A stretch of DNA of 64,000 nt from Planctomycetota bacterium (GCA_019636215.1 JAHBXZ010000001.1:69694-133693), one strand, 5' to 3'. Positions 45,295 to 55,245 are shown, counted from the stretch's first letter. Program-made: numbers and translations. Notes: generated by a model from the letters alone, not told the origin.

Positions 45295-46860
45295 CTAGTG
45301 CCCGCTGTGGGCAGACGCAGCCGAACCGCCCTGGGGGCGGAACAGCGACGGCTTGCCGGCGAGTTCCATCTGGCTGTCGATCAGGAATTGGCCGTTGGTT
45401 ACCACCCGCACCCCCGCGGGCAGTCCGCCCGAGACGGCGTAGTACTCGTCGCCACGGTGCAGCATGCCGTCCGCCAGCTCGTGGTACTCGGCACACAGGG
45501 CCCCGAGCTGAACTTCGAACCCCTGGTATTCAGGCCGGTCAAGTTTCTCGGCGTGTCCGCCATGATCGTGGCTGACGCTGCCGTCCGGGTTGCGCCTGGC
45601 CCACCATTCGACGTAGACGACATTGCGCCTCCCGGTACTCAGCACCGCCTGGCGCGGGATGGACAGCACGGGTGCCGCGGGTCTTCCCGGCTGGGGAGTA
45701 CGACGCCTCATGGACATCCCGCAGATGCGACAGGAAGCCCCCGCAGCATTCGACCACTGCAACGGGTGCATCGGGCAGGCGTAGTCCCCTTCCAGTGAGG
45801 GCCGCGCGTTAGAGCCGTCCCCGGCCAGGAATGCCAGCACGGTGGCCGTGCCGAACATCCCGGGCTTGAGGCGACCGGCCTGGTTTGGGACTTCCACGCG
45901 CACGCGGGTCGTGCGCGTCATGGTGTCCAGCGTTGGGTCGATGAAGCTGATTCGCCCGTCGACAGTTTCAGGCACAGCGCCCCCAAGCTCTACCTTCACG
46001 GGCTGGCCCAGAACCACAAAGGGCAGATCGCGCTCGTGGATGTACAGCATCAGCCAAAGGCGCGACAGATCCGCCACGCGGTACACCGGCATGCCCATTT
46101 CCAGGTACTCGCCCTCGCGCGCCATTTTCTCCAGCACCACGCCCGAGATCGGGCTGGGCACCGTGAACGTGGGTGAATCCGCCGGGCTTGATTCAAGCTG
46201 TGCAAGCTGGCCGGCAGAAAGGCCCAGCCGGCGGAGTTTGTCCCTTGAGAGTTGCAGCAGCCGGTCCGCGCCAGGCGTACCCGCTTTGGCGGCATCCTGA
46301 GCAACCTTCAGCTCCTTGTGCGCCGAGTACAGCTCGGGCGAATACAGGTCGAACAGGTGGTCGCCCTCCGTCACTGTCACGCCGGTGTAGTCGGCGTGAA
46401 GCCGGTCAACGCGGCCCGCGACCCATGCGCTGACCACCCGGTCGAGCGATTCGTCCACTTCAAACTGGCCGAGAGTGCGGATTTCGCGGGCAAGCATGCG
46501 GCGTTTCGGCGACTCTGTGCGAATGCCCATTGCCCAGCGGTCGCGGCTGTCCAGCGGCAGTACTTCGCCCGTATCCACGAACTTCTCCAGCGTCATGCCG
46601 CATACCGGGCATTCGCCGGGCTTGTCCAGCCGGGTGCAGAACATCGGGCAGGCGTAAAACACCCTGCTGCCCGCGGGTTCATGGCCAGCGTGCGGATCCG
46701 TGTCGCCCTTGCCGGGCGCAAGCAGCCAGTCTCGCGGCAGCGCCAGCGCCCCGGCCAGCCCCGCCACGGTCCCGCCCAGAACAGAAGCAAGGAATGCCCT
46801 GCGCTTGAGGAACCCGGGCTGCGATTTGGCGGCCTCAGTGGCTGGTTTCTCGTCGGTCAT
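45295..46860 (-). CDS. efflux RND periplasmic adaptor (CusB-like) with two heavy-metal-binding domains and a Tat-type signal
   Basis: RRAFLASVLGG twin-arginine signal. FYACPMFCTRLDKPGECPVCGM and YACPMHPLQWSNAAGASCRICGM are YxCPMHP...CxxCGM domains. Beta-barrel and lipoyl-like MFP core. Confidence 0.8.
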   Translation of the reverse strand: MTDEKPATEAAKSQPGFLKRRAFLASVLGGTVAGLAGALALPRDWLLAPGKGDTDPHAGHEPAGSRVFYACPMFCTRLDKPGECPVCGMTLEKFVDTGEVLPLDSRDRWAMGIRTESPKRRMLAREIRTLGQFEVDESLDRVVSAWVAGRVDRLHADYTGVTVTEGDHLFDLYSPELYSAHKELKVAQDAAKAGTPGADRLLQLSRDKLRRLGLSAGQLAQLESSPADSPTFTVPSPISGVVLEKMAREGEYLEMGMPVYRVADLSRLWLMLYIHERDLPFVVLGQPVKVELGGAVPETVDGRISFIDPTLDTMTRTTRVRVEVPNQAGRLKPGMFGTATVLAFLAGDGSNARPSLEGDYACPMHPLQWSNAAGASCRICGMSMRRRTPQPGRPAAPVLSIPRQAVLSTGRRNVVYVEWWARRNPDGSVSHDHGGHAEKLDRPEYQGFEVQLGALCAEYHELADGMLHRGDEYYAVSGGLPAGVRVVTNGQFLIDSQMELAGKPSLFRPQGGSAASAHSGH

Positions 46861-46862
46861 GG

Positions 46863-47504
46863 CTACTCCTGCTTGCGTGCCAGCTTGCCGTCCTTTTCGA
46901 CCAGCCCGTAGTGATCGTAATACTTGGACGGGTTGGCCACGAACTCATCGCCGCACCCGCTCCAGCAGCAGAAGTACACCTTGAAGCCGCGGTGCAGCAC
47001 AAACACATCACCATCAGGGTCGATGTCGCCGCCCATGATGCCGCAAGTGGCTGGCGCGGCCTTGCCATAGGTGGATGCGTCCACTTTCAGCAGCTTGTCC
47101 CCGGTGGTGGGCTCCAGCGAAAGCGTGGCGTAGTAGCGGATCGGCTTCTTCAAAAACTTGTCGCGGTTGGCCTCGCTTTCAAAGCGGATTTTCCAGCCCT
47201 TGTGTTCCAGCACCACAGGCGCCTCGCCGACGGCCTTGCCGCTGACAGGGTCGGCGGCGTTCTGCAGGTCCGCTGCAGGCTCGGGCTTCGGTTCGGGCTT
47301 TGGATCCTGCTTCTGCGGCTCTTTCTCGTCTGGCTTGGGCTTGGAGGCTTCACCTTGGCTGTCCTGCAGGTTCACAGGCTGGTGCTGGCTGTGATCCTGC
47401 TGTGGTTGCGGGTAACGCTCGCCGCTCAATGCTGCGGCGCGGATCAACCCACCCACCAGCAGGGCAAACGCCAACGCGGTGGCAAACCCCAGTATGTTTC
47501 GCAT
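46863..47504 (-). CDS. secreted YHS-domain protein
   Basis: Signal peptide. Pro/Glu/Lys-rich linker. The C-terminal TCGIMGGDIDPDGDVFVLHRGFKVYFCCWSGCGDEFVANPSKY fits the YHS domain pattern. Confidence 0.6.
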   Translation of the reverse strand: MRNILGFATALAFALLVGGLIRAAALSGERYPQPQQDHSQHQPVNLQDSQGEASKPKPDEKEPQKQDPKPEPKPEPAADLQNAADPVSGKAVGEAPVVLEHKGWKIRFESEANRDKFLKKPIRYYATLSLEPTTGDKLLKVDASTYGKAAPATCGIMGGDIDPDGDVFVLHRGFKVYFCCWSGCGDEFVANPSKYYDHYGLVEKDGKLARKQE

Positions 47505-47513
47505 GGTTGTCTC

Positions 47514-48884
47514 CTATTCGTCTTTCAACTGTATGCCGATGAGTGCTTCGAGTGCCGCACGTGCCTTCAGGGCCTCTGACCGCGCGCGGATGAATGAAAG
47601 CTCGCCCGCCAGCCACGACTGCCACGCGCTGAGCACATCGGTAAGGCCGGCGCGCCCTGAGGAAAAATCAGCCTGGATCAGCTCAAGTGCCTGTCGCGCC
47701 TTGGGTACAATGCTGCCACCAAGCAGCCCCAGCATTCGTTCCGCGTCCGCCAGTTCGAACAGCATGGCCTCCAGTTCAGCGGCAAGGTCCAGGCGTTTCT
47801 GCGCCACAACAAGCCTTGCCGCCATGCGCTCCGCTTCGGCGGCGTTGCTGCGGGCCGCATTTGCCCCGAAACTCCACGGAATGGTTATGCCCACGCGGAA
47901 CGCCACGGCACTTTCAAAGGGCATGTCGCCGGGCACATTCATCTGCATCCACTCTGCGGCAATGAAGAAGTCGGGCACCCACATCCAGCGCGACTCAATC
48001 ACCTTGGCGTCAGCGACCCGCGCCTGGGCATGCGACATTTGCAGCATGGGGTGGGAATCCAGCGCCACCAGTTGCTCAGCCCGACTGGGAAGCTTTGCGC
48101 GCCTTACTTCGGGAAGCGCGTCCACGACCACGTCCGGCGCGAGCCTCACGCCTGATGCCGCCTCCAACACCTTGACCAGCGCGGGCCTTCGCAAAGCAAG
48201 CGAAGCCAGGTCGCTTTCCATTTCTTCGCGCTCGACCTGCATCCGCAGCAGGTCGGCCTGTGTCGCTTGCCCGGTCTCGACCATGGGCTCCATCAACGCT
48301 TCCAGCCCCCTGGCCAACGCGGTCAGTTGCTGCAGGACCCGGGTTCGCGCATCCAGGGATTGAATGTCTACGTACGCATCAATCACCCTTTGTCTCAGCT
48401 CGCGCCGAACAGCGTTGAACTCGTCAGCCATCACCCCCGCCTCGGCAGCCAGCATGTCCTGGCGTGCAGCCACCTTCCCGGGGTTGGGGAACATCTGCGA
48501 CACCATCACGCTTCGACGCTCGTCCATCAGACGGACGTTGGCATTCTCGGCCTGCATGAACTCGCGATACTCGACCATGCCCTCAGGCATCTCGAACGCG
48601 GTGTCAATCGAGGCCACAGCTGCCTTCCACCGATAGTAGGCAGCCGCAAGGAACGGGCTGCGCGTCTGGGACATCCGCAGGATGGCCTGCAGGGATGCAC
48701 TCGTCTCCGGTCCTGGTTCCGGCGCGCGATTTCCGTCTCGAAGCACCTCGTCCAACGCCGACGACAGCGCGCGCACGTCTGGCTCCGGTGTGCTGTCAAA
48801 GCGGGCACGCTCGGCAGAGACCGCCGCACAACCCGTCAGGGCGAGAAAGACCAGAAATGGTAGATGGCAGATTGCAGCACGCAT
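47514..48884 (-). CDS. TolC/CusC family outer-membrane efflux protein
   Basis: Lipoprotein-type signal MRAAICHLPFLVFLALTGCAA. 456 aa, helical-repeat composition typical of OMF proteins. Immediately upstream of the MFP and RND genes. Confidence 0.75.
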   Translation of the reverse strand: MRAAICHLPFLVFLALTGCAAVSAERARFDSTPEPDVRALSSALDEVLRDGNRAPEPGPETSASLQAILRMSQTRSPFLAAAYYRWKAAVASIDTAFEMPEGMVEYREFMQAENANVRLMDERRSVMVSQMFPNPGKVAARQDMLAAEAGVMADEFNAVRRELRQRVIDAYVDIQSLDARTRVLQQLTALARGLEALMEPMVETGQATQADLLRMQVEREEMESDLASLALRRPALVKVLEAASGVRLAPDVVVDALPEVRRAKLPSRAEQLVALDSHPMLQMSHAQARVADAKVIESRWMWVPDFFIAAEWMQMNVPGDMPFESAVAFRVGITIPWSFGANAARSNAAEAERMAARLVVAQKRLDLAAELEAMLFELADAERMLGLLGGSIVPKARQALELIQADFSSGRAGLTDVLSAWQSWLAGELSFIRARSEALKARAALEALIGIQLKDE

Positions 48885-48952
48885 GGGTCACCTCAGTTCA
48901 CAGAGGTACCAACATGAAACCCGACGCGAGTGGCGCGTCGACGCATGCAGCA

Positions 48953-49357
48953 TCAGATGTGAAGGCGGCAGAACCGCAGGTGGCCACGCAACGGAGGCGG
49001 GTGTGTAACTGCCGGCGTCAGGGGCCTTGCAGCTTCCTGGTGCGCCTCGCCAGTGAAGGGTCTCGCTGCCATCACCACTATATGGCAATCCGAATCTGCC
49101 GCGGAGATCTCCTGCGCCGGCTCAAACAGCAAATCCAGACCTGCGGCACAGTTCAGCGCGATTGGGCACTTCGGATCCGGAGAATCGGGCAAGTCGCCTT
49201 CGCTGTCATGGCCGTGATGGGTGCAACTGTGGCCGTGAGAGGGTTCCGGGCAAGCCAACATGATCCGAAGCATCGCCCCTGGCTCGCAATGGCACACGCC
49301 GATCACCGGGGCAATCGCGACCAGAAGCGCCAAAAGCACGTGTGCCAAACGGCTCAT
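48953..49357 (-). CDS. small secreted His/Cys-rich protein (putative metal-binding)
   Basis: Internal ATG at 49357 gives MSRLAHVLLALLVAIAPVIGVCHCEPG...HGHSCTHHGHDSEG. First gene of the efflux operon. Confidence 0.4.
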   Translation of the reverse strand: MSRLAHVLLALLVAIAPVIGVCHCEPGAMLRIMLACPEPSHGHSCTHHGHDSEGDLPDSPDPKCPIALNCAAGLDLLFEPAQEISAADSDCHIVVMAARPFTGEAHQEAARPLTPAVTHPPPLRGHLRFCRLHI

Positions 49358-49442
49358 GCGACCATTGTAGACACGTACCAAGGTACAGAGTCCACTGCAA
49401 AATCCGGCCGACAACCCGCTGGCCGAGTGGTGCTGTTCCGGG

Positions 49443-49502
49443 CCTACCGCCCACGGCTGGTGGCTGCCACATGGTGCTTCAACTGGCTGGAACTCAGGAA
49501 CA
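49443..49502 (-). CDS. 19-codon ORF with a strong RBS inside repeat copy 2 (leader-peptide-like)
   Basis: GGAGGGcctATG then MFLSSSQLKHHVAATSRGR-TAG. Identical peptide to the first 19 codons of the clamp-like gene in copy 1. Confidence 0.3.
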
Positions 49503-49576
49503 TAGGCCCTCCAATGGAAAGCGGCGGCCATAGGGCCGCCGCGGGTTGAAACAGGTGCACCCGGACCATCCGGGCG
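49450..49576. repeat. 126-bp direct repeat, copy 2 (upstream of the metal-efflux operon)
   Basis: See copy 1. The two repeats bracket 41669-49449 exactly. Confidence 0.85.
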
Positions 49577-49579
49577 CTG

Positions 49580-49699
49580 TTACTTCTGCATCTTGCGCTT
49601 GTGCCAACGTTCGATCAGCCAGAGGCCAATCGACACTACGGTGACCAGATAGACGACATAGCCGGCCGCCATGGACAGGACTTGAGCCCAATAGGTCAT
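49580..49699 (-). CDS. 39-aa single-TM membrane peptide
   Basis: GGAGGG RBS 6 nt before the ATG. MTYWAQVLSMAAGYVVYLVTVVSIGLWLIERWHKRKMQK is one TM helix with a basic tail. Confidence 0.35.
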   Translation of the reverse strand: MTYWAQVLSMAAGYVVYLVTVVSIGLWLIERWHKRKMQK

Positions 49700-50048
49700 A
49701 AGAGGCCCTCCTGCCAAAAGTATGTGCGCTGGACCGGCGCGAACCGGCTCAATCGGCTTTGCGCGTGTCGACCCACCGGCTAGACTGGGCAGGCTTTTCG
49801 ATGGAGGTATTGGCCGGCGGTGGTCGCCGGCAGTGCAGTACGACAAAGACAATTGCGCATCGTTTTCTGCGGCGTCACCGAATCCGCTAGGTTCCAATGC
49901 ACACCGCAGACACCGAGCGCCCCGATTGGGGCGGCTCGCTGTCTGCTTGTGCATGGGCTTCTAGCGGAGCCTGGTGACGGGTGGCGGTGGGTCGCTCCTC
50001 TTCATTTGCGGGCACCCCCGGCCGGCAGACGGGCGCGGGGAGCCGGCA

Positions 50049-50618
50049 ATGAGCGCCTTTGAGTCACTAGTTTGCCCACACTGCGGGGCTGACCTTGATG
50101 TGCCCGAAGGCGTGTCGATCCTGAAGTGCCGCTTTTGCGGTTCCAAGCTTCAGTTGAAGGAAACCGGCTCGGTGCGGGCCTTGGCCCTTATAGAACGTGG
50201 ACTGGCCGCAATCGGCGACAACACGGCGCGAACCGCCGACGGTGTTGAGCGACTGCACGAACAGGTCGCCCGTCAGCGCGCTGAATCCCACGCCAAGTGG
50301 CAGGCCAAGCTGCGAGCACTTCAGAACGTGGAAGCTGAGGCACGAAGGCGCAGGGTCACACTTGGCCGATGGATGTTTTTCTTCATAGTTCTTTGGATTC
50401 TAGCCAGCATTGTTGGCCTGTGGTCTCTCACCAGTCCCTCCATGAACGAAGGCGCCGGAGCTGACTCCAAGAACACCTGGGCAACTGTCTGGTTGATTCA
50501 ACTGTTTGCTCTGCCTGTAGTGGCGGGGGTCATCAGTGCTCTGAAGTCGGGTGCCAGCCAGCGTGAAGATCAGGCTGAGGAAGAAGTCAAACTCTGGATG
50601 CACCGCGAGCCGCTTTAG
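50049..50618 (+). CDS. zinc-ribbon plus transmembrane protein
   Basis: Internal ATG at 50049 (MSAFESLVCPHCGADL...KCRFCGSKL). C-terminal TM RWMFFFIVLWILASIVGLWSL. Confidence 0.45.
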   Translation: MSAFESLVCPHCGADLDVPEGVSILKCRFCGSKLQLKETGSVRALALIERGLAAIGDNTARTADGVERLHEQVARQRAESHAKWQAKLRALQNVEAEARRRRVTLGRWMFFFIVLWILASIVGLWSLTSPSMNEGAGADSKNTWATVWLIQLFALPVVAGVISALKSGASQREDQAEEEVKLWMHREPL

Positions 50619-50627
50619 CTTACCGGG

Positions 50628-50837
50628 CTAACCAGCACCTAGCTTCACCAGCATTTCGTAGCAACCGTCCACGGTGATGCTGACGCCGGTGCGTTTCCCT
50701 GCCGGCCTGAGGCAGATCTCCGGCAACAGACCCGTGTGATCAAGCTCGACGACCATACGCTTGGTTTTGCGGGCGTCGTGGCTTCGGCTGGGCACAACAC
50801 GGACCAGCTTCTTGCCCTGCCTGAGCGGCGTGGTCAT
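50628..50837 (-). CDS. 69-aa protein translationally coupled (ATGA) to the upstream GHKL ATPase gene
   Basis: The start codon overlaps the stop of 50834-52579. No motif recognised. Confidence 0.35.
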   Translation of the reverse strand: MTTPLRQGKKLVRVVPSRSHDARKTKRMVVELDHTGLLPEICLRPAGKRTGVSITVDGCYEMLVKLGAG

Positions 50838-52579
50838 GGCGTCACCTCCTGCAGGTAGCCGCAGTTCTCGACCAGGCAGACCTTGCGCGTGACTTTGCCG
50901 TTTTCGACCACCTTAACCAGCATGGACTGGATGCTCAGTTGGTTGCCCCAGCCCAGCTCGAACTTCGCGTTGGCAAAGCGCAGCCGGCAGTCCTTGCCGT
51001 CCGCCAGCCGATCGCGCAGCAGCGTGACCAGTTCGTCCGGTGTCACGTCATTGGCCGGCACACCCGGCCACGTCGCCGCAATGTGCACGGCGAGGTCACT
51101 GGTGCGCCACAGTTCGTCGGCTTGGTCGTGGTCCAGCTCTTCCTCGTGCCATGCGTGCCATGGGTCTAGGTTCGGGTAGGCCACGGCGTCGGCGCAGCTG
51201 TGCACCACGGCGAAGTCATTGCCGCTGCGGAAGTTGGCGCGGTCCCGGTCGTCGGGAACGAACTCGCCCTCCAGGTCGCCATCAGCCAGCACGGTCTGTT
51301 CTGGCACCGGCTGGACCTCGCGGGTGTCGCCAGTGTCGAACCTGTAGGTGATGCTCTCGCAGCGCCACAGCAGGTCGCTGCGGTCGTCGGCCGTGATGCC
51401 GAAGCGCAACTCGGTAATCAGCGGCACGTCGGGGAACATGGTCTTGAACAACGCAGCCTGCCCTGAGGCCAGCTGCAGCATCTCGTTGGGCACAAGCTCA
51501 AGGGCCGTGTGGTACTGGGGCTCAAAGGCGCTGGCCAGGACGCCCTTGGCCAGCCGTTCGGCCACCTGCTGGCGTGTCAGGGTGTACAGGTAATCGCGAT
51601 CCTGGCGCAGCTGCAGGTGCTGCAGGTCCGGGGGCAGCTCAATCACCCGCAGCGGATTCCAGGCATAGACCAGGCTGGCCAGGCGCCGGCGGGCCTTGTC
51701 GTCGCCAAACTGAAAGATGCGACCGATCACGGCCTGCACGAGGGCCTGCTGGACCTCGGCGACCAGGTTGCGATACGCGGCGTCTTCGATGATGGCATCG
51801 CGGTCAGGCAGAGTGAAGCTAACCGTGCCCGGCCGGGCATGGATGCGCACCCAGGCCATGTCAGAGGGACCTGACAGGCCCTTGAGCCGGGTCGAGATGC
51901 CCTGCTGGATCAACGCCACGCCGGCATGGTCACCGCGGCCTGGCGGTTCGGTGTGCAGGTCAATGAAACCCCACGAGGTGTCCACGCGCAGGGCACCCTT
52001 GGGCACGGCCAGCGGGCTGTAGGGTTCGACGATGCGGCTGGCGCCGTCAACCACGATCGTAGTGCGGAAGGGCATGAACTCGGCCTGGCGCTGCCACTGT
52101 AGGGCATAGCCCTCAACGTGGGGCATGTCGTGGCCACCGAACTCGTGGTGCAGCCGGCTGACCCTGACCTGCGTGCCCTTCACCGCGGGCAGCAGGCCTT
52201 CGTAGACGGCAGGCTTGCCGGCGCACAGCGCGTCGTAGGCCAGCGTGAGCCGCCAGCGGCCGGAACGCACCTCGGCGAGGCCGCCCAGCTTGAACACGCT
52301 GAACAGGCCCATGCCGGCAGGGCGTTCGGCCCCGACGCCCTCGGACCAGTCGGACTTGCCAATGTTGATCAGGTCCTGCGGGTCAAACACACCATGGCCG
52401 TTGTCAGTCACGGTGACCGAGCCGACACGGGTGTCGATTTCAACCCGCACATCAGAAGCCTCAGCCCGCCGCGCGTTCTGAAGCAGCTCCTGGATGCAGG
52501 CAAAGTTGTCACTGAAGTAGTTCAAGATGTTGCGCAGGATGGAATGGGCATCCGCGCGAACACAAAGTTGTGTAAGCAT
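50834..52579 (-). CDS. GHKL-superfamily ATPase (HATPase_c-like) with large C-terminal region
   Basis: AAGGAGG RBS then ATG at 52579. N-box CIQELLQNARRAEAS. G1 box VTVTDNGHGV. G2 box RPAGMGLFSVF. 581 aa. Confidence 0.6.
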   Translation of the reverse strand: MLTQLCVRADAHSILRNILNYFSDNFACIQELLQNARRAEASDVRVEIDTRVGSVTVTDNGHGVFDPQDLINIGKSDWSEGVGAERPAGMGLFSVFKLGGLAEVRSGRWRLTLAYDALCAGKPAVYEGLLPAVKGTQVRVSRLHHEFGGHDMPHVEGYALQWQRQAEFMPFRTTIVVDGASRIVEPYSPLAVPKGALRVDTSWGFIDLHTEPPGRGDHAGVALIQQGISTRLKGLSGPSDMAWVRIHARPGTVSFTLPDRDAIIEDAAYRNLVAEVQQALVQAVIGRIFQFGDDKARRRLASLVYAWNPLRVIELPPDLQHLQLRQDRDYLYTLTRQQVAERLAKGVLASAFEPQYHTALELVPNEMLQLASGQAALFKTMFPDVPLITELRFGITADDRSDLLWRCESITYRFDTGDTREVQPVPEQTVLADGDLEGEFVPDDRDRANFRSGNDFAVVHSCADAVAYPNLDPWHAWHEEELDHDQADELWRTSDLAVHIAATWPGVPANDVTPDELVTLLRDRLADGKDCRLRFANAKFELGWGNQLSIQSMLVKVVENGKVTRKVCLVENCGYLQEVTP

Positions 52580-52680
52580 GGGTCCTCCTTCACCCAAAAC
52601 TGGGTTTGTTGTTCAGTCTTTCCATTTGACATACATGTGCCCAGGCTGACGCGGTGCGGCGTTGAGAAGCTGCGTCCGCT

Positions 52681-52908
52681 CTATGGTTTGGATGGTCGCA
52701 TGGGAGGCGGACAGTTCACGAACTGATACTTGCTGAACACGGTGTACCTGCTTGGCTTGCCGCAGTCGTTGCAGATCAAGTCAATTTCGAAAGCCGTTTT
52801 GCCAACCATCTTTCGCGTGCGGGTCTTGGCGACAGACACGTTCTCAGACTTGCAAGACTTGCACACTAGCTTTGTCAGCTTTCCACGGTACTCGATGCAG
52901 AGGGCCAT
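52681..52908 (-). CDS. zinc-ribbon small protein
   Basis: GGAGG RBS. CKSCKS...CNDCGK is a four-Cys ribbon. Confidence 0.4.
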   Translation of the reverse strand: MALCIEYRGKLTKLVCKSCKSENVSVAKTRTRKMVGKTAFEIDLICNDCGKPSRYTVFSKYQFVNCPPPMRPSKP

Positions 52909-53021
52909 ATGACCTCCAGTCGGTTAGGTTCGTAGATTGTGCCGCACTCATGCGCGTAAGCCTTCAAAAAAAGCTAGGACTGACCGACAATCGACTCGGC
53001 ATGTACGCCGAAAGATCGCGG

Positions 53022-54047
53022 TTAGCTCTCGATCCACCTGCCCGTTGCCGACAGGTCAGTCAGTCGGCCGCCAAGGGTTTGCAGCTTGTGGCGGCTTTCT
53101 AGCGGCAGTGCGTTGTCGTTGCCGGCGCGGGTCAGTGCGTTGATGACCGCGAACAGCGACTGGCCAGGTTCACACTTGTAGGCGCGGCCGATCGCGGCGC
53201 CTTCGTCTTCGGCCAGTTCGTACCGGGTGACGATGCGGTCCAGCGCCTTTTCGGGTTCGGAGACGCGGATGCCGCGCGTGCCGGCGAACACTGTCACGGC
53301 CTGCGCCGACAGCTCGATCGCATGGTCGAAGGCCTCGCGCACCTGATCGGCGATCTCGGCCTTGCCGACGTGGCGACGCGTGTACGCCCAGCGGCCGGCG
53401 CCCATCACCAGCCCATTCAGGCAGATGGTGCGAAACACCAGCGCGCTGATGTTCACCCGCGCCAGGCCGACTTCTGAGTTGCGCAGGTGCAGACCGCGAT
53501 GCAGGGGATCGCGACGTACCTCAGGAACGCCAGTTTCCACCGGGCCGACGACCTGCAGGTCGAGGTAGCCCTCGGTGAGCTCGTAGCGCACCGGGGTGTT
53601 CTCGCCCAGGCGCGATTCCAGCCAGCCAAGGATGTCCTGGTGGTTGATCGGCCGGTACGCGCCCGACAGCACGCCGCGGACTTCGCCGCCCTCGAATCGC
53701 AGCATCAGGTCGCGGTCGGCCTCGCGCAGCCAGCGGTTGACGTTGCGGGCGCGCAGGTCGGGGTCGCACTTGCGCAGGTAAGGCGCCGGGATGCCCAGCT
53801 TGGAGGCAAGCTGGCCAAAAGCGTGTTCGCGCAGGGCGTAGCGCTCATTGCCGCCGACCATCAGGGCACCATCCAGGGGCGCCATGGCCAGTTCGCGGGT
53901 GCTGACGACCAAGTCGCGCTGGTCGCGGGCAAGGCCGGCCAGGCGTTCGCGAAGCTCACCCAGCTTGGGGTCCGGGCGAACGTTCAGCCGGCCAAGAATG
54001 TGCCGAGCAGCCGCCACGGGCCGCTCTTCAAGAACAGCTTCAACCAT
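53022..54047 (-). CDS. DUF932-like (phage/plasmid-like) protein, tentative
   Basis: GGAGG RBS then ATG at 54047. GNERYALREHAFGQL and VRGVLSGAYRPINHQDILGWL resemble the two conserved blocks I recall for DUF932 proteins of conjugative elements. Confidence 0.4.
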   Translation of the reverse strand: MVEAVLEERPVAAARHILGRLNVRPDPKLGELRERLAGLARDQRDLVVSTRELAMAPLDGALMVGGNERYALREHAFGQLASKLGIPAPYLRKCDPDLRARNVNRWLREADRDLMLRFEGGEVRGVLSGAYRPINHQDILGWLESRLGENTPVRYELTEGYLDLQVVGPVETGVPEVRRDPLHRGLHLRNSEVGLARVNISALVFRTICLNGLVMGAGRWAYTRRHVGKAEIADQVREAFDHAIELSAQAVTVFAGTRGIRVSEPEKALDRIVTRYELAEDEGAAIGRAYKCEPGQSLFAVINALTRAGNDNALPLESRHKLQTLGGRLTDLSATGRWIES

Positions 54048-54218
54048 AAAGCCTCCAATGGGCCGATAAGGCCCGGAAAGTGAAAAGGCGCCGGCAAAAG
54101 CCGACGCCAACAAGAAAGTGGCCCCAAACCCGCCAGATCAGCGGGTACAGGGCCTGTTCATGGTCTTATGCCACAGAAAGGCGGACTCTTGGGCTGGTGA
54201 CGACACTGTCGTAGCCCG

Positions 54219-54650
54219 CTAACGCGCTGAAGTATGCTTCTGAATGTACGCCTTCAGTTCACGCCACTGCTGGTCAGTTAGGTCTTTCCGGCAGCACGTC
54301 TGTATCGGATGGCGAACCCCGAGGAAACCCGCAGTTGGAGCCGGGATCCATGCGTCCCAGATGACGCCTTGGCAGTGTTCTTCGCCATCGCGGTCCGTAT
54401 CAAGGCGACGGGCGTCGGTGGCTTTCCTGGTGATCCATCGTTCCCCCGTTGCGGTCCCAAATGCCACATAGCCTCGGCCATTCTCGTACAGCACCACAGA
54501 TTCGCCGCGCTCAACACTAAGGAAGGCTTCTTCGGAGTCATAAGTCACCCAGGCCGCCGCGCACTGCTTCGCGATCATTCGCTGCAGCCCGTCTTCGCAA
54601 TGGCCCCCGTGCTTGGGCTCCAGCGCTGTGTTCACCACGACCACACGCAT
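54219..54650 (-). CDS. hypothetical protein
   Basis: AGGAG RBS. 143 aa. No motif recognised. Confidence 0.35.
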   Translation of the reverse strand: MRVVVVNTALEPKHGGHCEDGLQRMIAKQCAAAWVTYDSEEAFLSVERGESVVLYENGRGYVAFGTATGERWITRKATDARRLDTDRDGEEHCQGVIWDAWIPAPTAGFLGVRHPIQTCCRKDLTDQQWRELKAYIQKHTSAR

Positions 54651-54675
54651 ATTTTCTCCTCAGTATCTTCCTGCG

Positions 54676-55245
54676 TTACGCCCTCTGTTTGCCTTGCATG
54701 AAGCGCAGTTCGACCCGGCCCATCTTGCGGTCTTCCTTCAGCCATTTCGCTAAGCGGGCTTTGGATTCGCGTAGGCGCTTTGCCGTAAGCGGCCTCTCCG
54801 TTGGGAAATCCGGAAAGAACGCCGTCACAATCTTCTTTCGCCCTGCCCGGTTCATGCTGTGCTGCACGTTCCATGGGGGTGTCTTGGCCTTGACGCGAAA
54901 TCGCTCGTTGGCCATGGCCTGCCGCTTGCCACCGGTACGCTTCCACCGCACGTACAGGCACCACTGCCAGCCCACGTGCCAGGTAATCAACCCGCGGATG
55001 TGTCCAACGCGCCTGGCGTGTTGCAGAACTCGCGACCTCAGGTTCTCCGCAATCCCGTGGTACACCAGTATCCTGCGCCGCCCGGTCGGCGACCGCAGCT
55101 GAAGTTCATACTGACCCGGTGCGGCCGACACGCCTGCAACTGTGGCGTGGCCGATTTTGAATCCCCGGCCGAACGGATAGTCGGCCGTGGCTGGCAAGCG
55201 GACCAGCAAAGGCTGCCACTTCGTCCAGACATTGAGCTTGCGCAT
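54676..55245 (-). CDS. GIY-YIG nuclease domain protein (tentative)
   Basis: PGQYELQLRSPTGRRRILVYHGIAENLRSRVLQH fits GxY...(10-12)...Y.G.A.NL..R...H of the GIY-YIG motif. Basic C-terminal tail. Confidence 0.45.
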   Translation of the reverse strand: MRKLNVWTKWQPLLVRLPATADYPFGRGFKIGHATVAGVSAAPGQYELQLRSPTGRRRILVYHGIAENLRSRVLQHARRVGHIRGLITWHVGWQWCLYVRWKRTGGKRQAMANERFRVKAKTPPWNVQHSMNRAGRKKIVTAFFPDFPTERPLTAKRLRESKARLAKWLKEDRKMGRVELRFMQGKQRA

